Source: the human T2T-CHM13v2.0 reference genome, Homo sapiens. From it: a DNA stretch of 64,000 bases. Positions 57,997 through 64,000 of this stretch are shown here, piece after piece. Within the stretch, counting starts at the first letter, position 1, and every line of letters begins with the position of its first letter. Made by a program: the position numbers and the translations under genes. Location of the stretch: NCBI RefSeq assembly GCF_009914755.1, contig NC_060934.1; one strand, given 5' to 3'. Under the pieces are notes generated by a model, which saw only the letters and a program-made list of their open reading frames with translations, was not told where the DNA came from and ran no database searches.

Positions 57997-59789
57997 CTTC
58001 TTGTATGCGGCAACATGTCCACATTCAAAGACTTAGAAATACATGCATATTTTCTTTGTCAGTCACACACACAGGCACACATATACAACTTTACATGCAG
58101 ACAGGGACACAGCCTCAGTGACCCAGCCATACGTACCCTTTGCCATTCTCCTTTGGAGTGAGAGGATGGGGGTGGGCATGGTCAGGGTGGAGGACGGGGG
58201 AAGGAGATCTTGGATATGTGTCTGAGTGTGCAAGGTGATGTTCGAATGTGGAAGGTGAGCATCTGTGTGTACACTTGAGTGTGCTTGGCATGTAGAATTC
58301 AGAGTGTGGGTTCATATGCAGCTAAAATGTGCAAATTTAAAGCAGTCGTGTGAGAGCAAAGTCACAACTTTGCTTTTGTGTTTGAACATGAGTTATTGGT
58401 GTATGGAGTGTACGGAGCCAGTGTTCATACCCAGTAACACATAACGAAGGTCCGGGCGGTGCAGCCCCAGCTTGGACACGCCGTCCTCAGGAGGGGGCGA
58501 GAGAGGGATCCAGAGGCGCCTGGCCCAGGACCCAGAGAGCCCTCCACCTCACACGATGAAATTCAACCCATTTATATTTCAACAGAAAATGTCACAGAAA
58601 ATGTCCCCTGGTGGGAGAGACGCCAGGGGAGGAGGAGTCAGGAAGTGAGAACAGCTCACACCAGCCCCTCATGCAGCCCCACCCACCCACTGGCTCCTCC
58701 AGCTGTCCTTCCTCTCCCAGGACCCTCTCTCTGACCCCCCTCACTGACCCCTCCACTGCTTGCCCCTCAAACCCTTCAAAGGACCCTCACTGAGCCCTGG
58801 TTCTGGTGTCAGGCATGGCCCTCCATGACCAGAGAGCTTCCTGCCCTGCCCTGGGCGGTTCCCCACTGGGGGTGCTCTATGGCCACAGACACCTGCATGA
58901 GTGAGGCACTGACCTATGGGAACCAAAGCACGACATCACACACCTCAGATCCTTCCACATGACCAGGCACGACTTCTCTCCACTGTCACACGGGCCCACG
59001 GGAGGACAACTGAGCCCCTGCACTTGTGAGAACACTTCAGGCTCACTGGGGTCGCCTGCAGTGGTTTAGGGACCTGCTTCCCACTGTACAGATGGAGAAA
59101 CTGAGCCGCGGTGTGGGCCAGCATGGCCATGGGGCCCGAGACGCTGTGAGGCCAGCAGTGGCCTATCTGCTTTGCTGTGACACCTGCTCTGCTGTCCCCA
59201 AAATCTCCTGCTTCCAGGTCTCCATGCCTTTCACACATTCTGCTGCTGGACCAGTGATGAGGGGCATGAGACCTCCCCCTCCTGGATAGGCTGACCAGGC
59301 AAGGCCCGCTAAGGTCCAAAGAGGACCAGGCTGTGGGAGTGAGACCCTAAGCTGGTGAGCACCATTAGCAGAGCGTGCTGTGGGTTCTGGTTTTAACTTA
59401 ACTTTTTAAAAATGCGGGGTGGGAGGGCTGCCATTTATGGGTGGAGGGTGCCTCTTTCTGCCTTTTTTGGTGTCTCATACTCTGGGCATCTGCCTTGGCC
59501 TCCTCCCTTCTGTCTTGGAGTCTGTTTTTCCACAGTGGTCTTTTTTTGGTTTCAATTTCTGCTTTGTCTTGTTCTATGTGTCTTTGGGCTCTCTCTATAT
59601 ATACACGCATGTACGTATATCTCTCTCTCTAAATTTGAGAGAGAGATAGATAGATAGGGAGATGGATATATCTATATATCTATGGATATATCCCTGTCTG
59701 TCTGTCTCTCCCCTTTCCCAGGACCCTGTCCCCCTGCTCCGAGCTGTCTGCCTGGCATCTGCCTCCCTCTCTGCCTCTGGTGCCCCTAT

Positions 59790-60030
59790 CAGTGTCTCTC
59801 ACTCTGTCCCTGTCTCTCCCTCCGTCTTTGTCTCTGCCTCTGTCCCTGTCCTGTGGCTCCCTCTGTCCCTGTCTCTCCCTCTGTCCCTGTCCTGTGTCTC
59901 CCTCTGTCCCTGTCTCTCCCTCTGTCCCTGTCGCTCCCTCTGTCCCTGTCGCTCCCTCTGTCCCTGTCCCGTCTCTCCCTCTGTCCCTGTCCCTGTCTCT
60001 GTCTCTGCCTCTGTCCCTGTCCCTGACTCT
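59790..60030. repeat. (CTGTCC)n-based minisatellite with 18-bp higher-order unit (CTCTGTCCCTGTCTCTCC)
   Basis: Directly visible. Confidence 0.9.
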
Positions 60031-60064
60031 CCTTAGGCCCCTCCCTGACTCAGGCCCCTCACAC

Positions 60065-60720
60065 CTTCCGAAAAGTAAACATTTAATTTTTTTTTTTTTG
60101 CTGTTAATAGATTTAATGTTCATTTGTTGGTAGCCCAGGGGCAGAAACGCGTGACATTTCAAATAATTGTTGTTTCAGGGGTATCCTCTGGAGGGAAATG
60201 CGGCAAAAGTGTGGAGAAGATTTAAGCAAATGACTGTGTCAGCTTCTATTTACTCCTGACAGGATCGCCGGGGGCACGGCTGCGAGATAACCATTAGCGC
60301 AGCCGCCGATAAAGCGGGGAGGCTGCATTTCCAAAGGCTCCGCGGCCATTACGGGAAAGTTAGTGTGAAACATGTTAAATTATCCCCAAAGTGGAGGGAG
60401 CGGGGGAGGCGGCGGGGGAGCGGGCGCCCGAGAGAGCCACGAGACCCGCCGCCTCCGCCGGGGCCGGGTGACTGCGCCGTGCCCGACACGCCGACGTCCA
60501 CCAGGGGGCGGCCGCGTGCGGCCCGAGCCTCGGTCTGCGGGTCCGGAGGATGGGCTGGCGGCCCGAGCCTTCCTCGCACCTGCGGGCGCGGACCCACCCG
60601 AGGCCGCCGGCTCCGGCTCCGGCTCCCTGCCTGGCCCCTCTGCCCAGCAGGAGCAGCCCGGCACCCCCGGAGAGCGATAGAGAGGCGGGGGCCTGGGTGG
60701 GGTCGCCAAGATCAGCCCCA
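60065..60720. promoter_or_regulatory. CNE-like block (60065-60390) plus CpG island with a strong CTCF-like motif
   Basis: GTAAACA 60075, TGACAG 60257, CCATTA twice; dense CpG 60260-60720; CCACCAGGGGGCG at 60498-60510. Confidence 0.75.
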
Positions 60721-60819
60721 TGGGGTCACAAGAAAAGGCCTCATTGTGAGGCTCTAGCTGAGGCTTGGGACAGTTCAGCCTCAGCTCTTTTAGAGCCTCT
60801 GCCTTGAAGACCCAGCTCA

Positions 60820-60951
60820 GGTCTCGGCGCGGTGGCTCACACGTGTAATCCCAGTACTTTGGAAGGCGGAGACGGTGGATCACCTGAGCCAGGAGTTCGA
60901 GACAAGTCTGGGCAACATAGCAAGATCTCGTCTCCAAAATTAAAAAAAAAA
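60820..60951 (+). mobile_element. Alu left monomer (FLAM-like)
   Basis: ggcgcggtggctcacacgtgtaatcccag...ctgggcaacatagcaagatctcgtctc + A tail. Confidence 0.9.
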
Positions 60952-61029
60952 TTTTTAATTTAAAAATCCACCTCAGGTGTGTGCAGGTAACACCTATATG
61001 TGCCAGTGCCCAGGTTTGTGCAACATCCT

Positions 61030-61250
61030 GAGACGTGAGTTCACCTCTCAGCTCTGCCTTAATTAATTGGGTGGCCCTGGGCAAGTCCTCTGGGCCTCAG
61101 TTTCCCCATTTGCAAAGTAGAAATAATATATCTGCCCCACATACCTCACTCCCTGAGGATTAGTTGAAGTAATGAGACTATGTAAAAGTGATCTGAGAAA
61201 CCATGCAATGCAATACAAGTGACAAGTACTGTTATTAAGTGTTAGTTATT
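61030..61250 (+). mobile_element. MIR SINE
   Basis: ggccctgggcaagt...gggcctcagtttccccatttgcaaa...tgaggattag...tatgtaaaag. Confidence 0.8.
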
Positions 61251-61485
61251 ATTAACATTCTGCTGAGTCCACAGGGAATACCTGTGCACAAAGGCCACAG
61301 GTGGGTGCACCAGTGCATGGGAAATAGGATCCCGATCACAGCTCTCTCCGAGGTCGGGGGTCGTTTTTCCCACCCCTCCTAGTTTTGCTCCCGTTAAGCC
61401 ACACTTCTGGTAAATTAATATCTATGGGCTAGCATGACAGAGGAAACAGTGTTCCAGGCTAGCCCCTGCAAAAGCATGCCTATAG

Positions 61486-62131
<646 letters not shown>

Positions 62132-62379
62132 CCTTTCTTTCTTAAAAAAGGAGGAGGGATGCCCTAAATATATTGAGATTGTGGCATCACTTACATTATA
62201 TTTTAGCCCCTGACACCCATGAAATCCATTAGCAAGTCAGTGCCTTGAAGAGTGGCCATTTTTATCACATATTCATCCATTTTCAATACATTTTCAGATT
62301 TCCAGGAGCTCTGAAGTTCCCCTAAATTCGCCCAACATTTTTGAACCTCTCCCACAGGTCAGACCTACTGCAGGCAAAG

Positions 62380-63150
62380 GGAGATTGAGACTACCAGGCT
62401 ACCCTTGCCTTCCCGGAGTTCACTGTTGAGGAGGGGGCTGATGTCTCCAAATGATGGCAGTTCCTGGTGAGTGCTGAAACAGAAGCACATACAGTGCTGT
62501 CTATTCAACAGGGGAGTGGAGAGTGACTTCCTGAGGATGTCTGGGCATTTGGGAGGTGGCATTTGAGCTGGAGGCTTGAAGGATGGGGCAGAGTTTTTAC
62601 TAGGTGGTAGAAATGAACTACCAAATAATAATAATAATCCATGTGTACTCCCCCCTCCAAAACAACAAAAGCAACAAAAGCGATAGTAATGGCACTTAAT
62701 CTGTGGCAGGCACTGTGGCAGGCACTTTGCACTAATTGCTACATTTGATTTGTTATTACAACCATGTGGGACAAATACTATTATGTACCTCACTTCATAG
62801 ATAGGAAACTAAGGCTCTAAGAGACCCAGTAACTTGCCTGAGGCCACACAACCATCTAGCATTGAGATTAAATGAAGTTGAATGCCTCTCTCCCCTCCAC
62901 CCCCCCATTCCAAGACCAACTTTGACAAAAGGCTGAATTTGCCTTTCACAAAGGTCATGCACCCCCTCTTCAACAACTCCATGTTCATTCAACTGTTCCC
63001 TGCATGTCTACTAGGTGTCACACATTGGGCTGGCGCTAGGGGTACAAAAATAAGATGTAGACCCCTATCCTCAGGGAATAGTCCAGTCTAGTAAGGAAGA
63101 CCTACACTAGTTAATCAACCACATAACAAGGTGCAAAATGCAAGTCTGAG
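62380..63150 (-). mobile_element. Mixed old L2 and MIR fragments
   Basis: gtgacttcctgagga...atttgagctgga (L2); atagataggaaactaaggctc...taacttgcctgaggccacaca (MIR); ttcattcaac...ctactaggtg (L2 end). Confidence 0.65.
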
Positions 63151-63309
63151 AAGCCCGAGATTGTGGCCATAGACATGAAGGTCAGTGGCAGGTACAACTT
63201 ACAAATTTGGGGGAGACAGAAACAGTCAGATCATAGTAACAACCATCCTTGAAGAACGTCTCCTTTGCAGGGATAGGGGACAGGCACCTTCCAGGAGACA
63301 GATTCAGGT

Positions 63310-63615
63310 TCTTTTCCTTTTCCTTTATTTTTTGAGATAAGGTCTCGCTCTGTCACCCAGGCTGGAGTGCAGTGGCATGATCTTGACTCACTGCAACCTC
63401 CGCCTCCCAGGCTCAAGGGATCCTCCCACCTCAGCTTCCTGAATAGCTGGGGCTATAGACACACACTACCATGACCAGCTAACTTTTCTATTTTTTGTAG
63501 AGATGAGGTTTCGCCATGTCACCCAGGCTAGTCACGAACTCCTGGACTCAAGCAATGCACCAGCCTCGGCCTCCCAAAGTGCTGGGATTACAGGCATGAG
63601 CCACCTCGCCTGACC
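63310..63615 (-). mobile_element. Alu (AluJ-like)
   Basis: Full reverse Alu; ggctcaagggatcctcccacc. Confidence 0.95.
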
Positions 63616-64000
63616 TGGGCTCTTGTCTTAAGAAAGAACTTTCTAATCATTACAGCTGCCTGAAACAGAAGAGACCTATTTCAAGACAGAGTGAGTTTCC
63701 TGCCCTGGAGGCATTCAAGTAGAGGCTAAAGCTCCCCAAAATGGGACTAGTGTGGGGAACAATGAAATCCTTGGCTTCTAGGATCACTTACAGACCCAAG
63801 GTTTTAAGGAGTGTGTCCCCAGAGGAGAATGATTTCAGGCACTTTCAGGAGGATTATTTTCACCAAGAAAGTAAAAAATGATTCAGGCTGCACACAGGGA
63901 ACCTTTCTTATGGACATAGGGGCACCAAGGACAGAAGCAGGCCTAGGTTTTCCTCCCCACAGGGTGTCTCTGAAGCCACCCCAGTCTTGCCCAGCTGCCC

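Noticed and set aside
58581-58604. ACAGAAAATGTC tandem duplication
   Set aside because: Ordinary 12-bp micro-duplication with no further support.

Overview
Primate (very likely human) non-coding genomic DNA: about 27 Alu/FLAM/FRAM copies (many with visible target-site duplications), plus MIR, L1, L2, MaLR LTR and hAT-Charlie fossils and many microsatellites. I find no credible protein-coding exon, tRNA, rRNA or CRISPR array; the long ORFs come from Alus, CpG islands or tandem repeats. What stands out is about 20 short (100-450 bp), non-repetitive, AT-rich, homeobox/POU/TALE-motif-rich blocks in a GC-rich background, plus CpG islands at ~10.5, ~43.4-46.3, ~48.7 and ~60.3 kb. This is the typical look of a conserved-non-coding-element (CNE) enhancer array of a developmental transcription-factor gene lying outside the window. 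From unverified recall the layout resembles the region upstream of FOXP4 (6p21.1, LINC01276 area); treat that as a hypothesis. Conservation is inferred from sequence texture, not measured. Other notable structures: a 1.5-kb hierarchical C/A-rich VNTR with three stop-free frames (Pro/Thr, poly-Gly, Val/Gly); a decayed ~30-37-bp-period array at 37.3-38.6 kb; a candidate spliced exon with an ATG ORF in the large CpG island; closely spaced inverted Alu pairs; and divergent CTCF-like motifs. I found no evidence for a new gene system; the best leads are regulatory. Coordinates of old repeats and CNE-like blocks are approximate.
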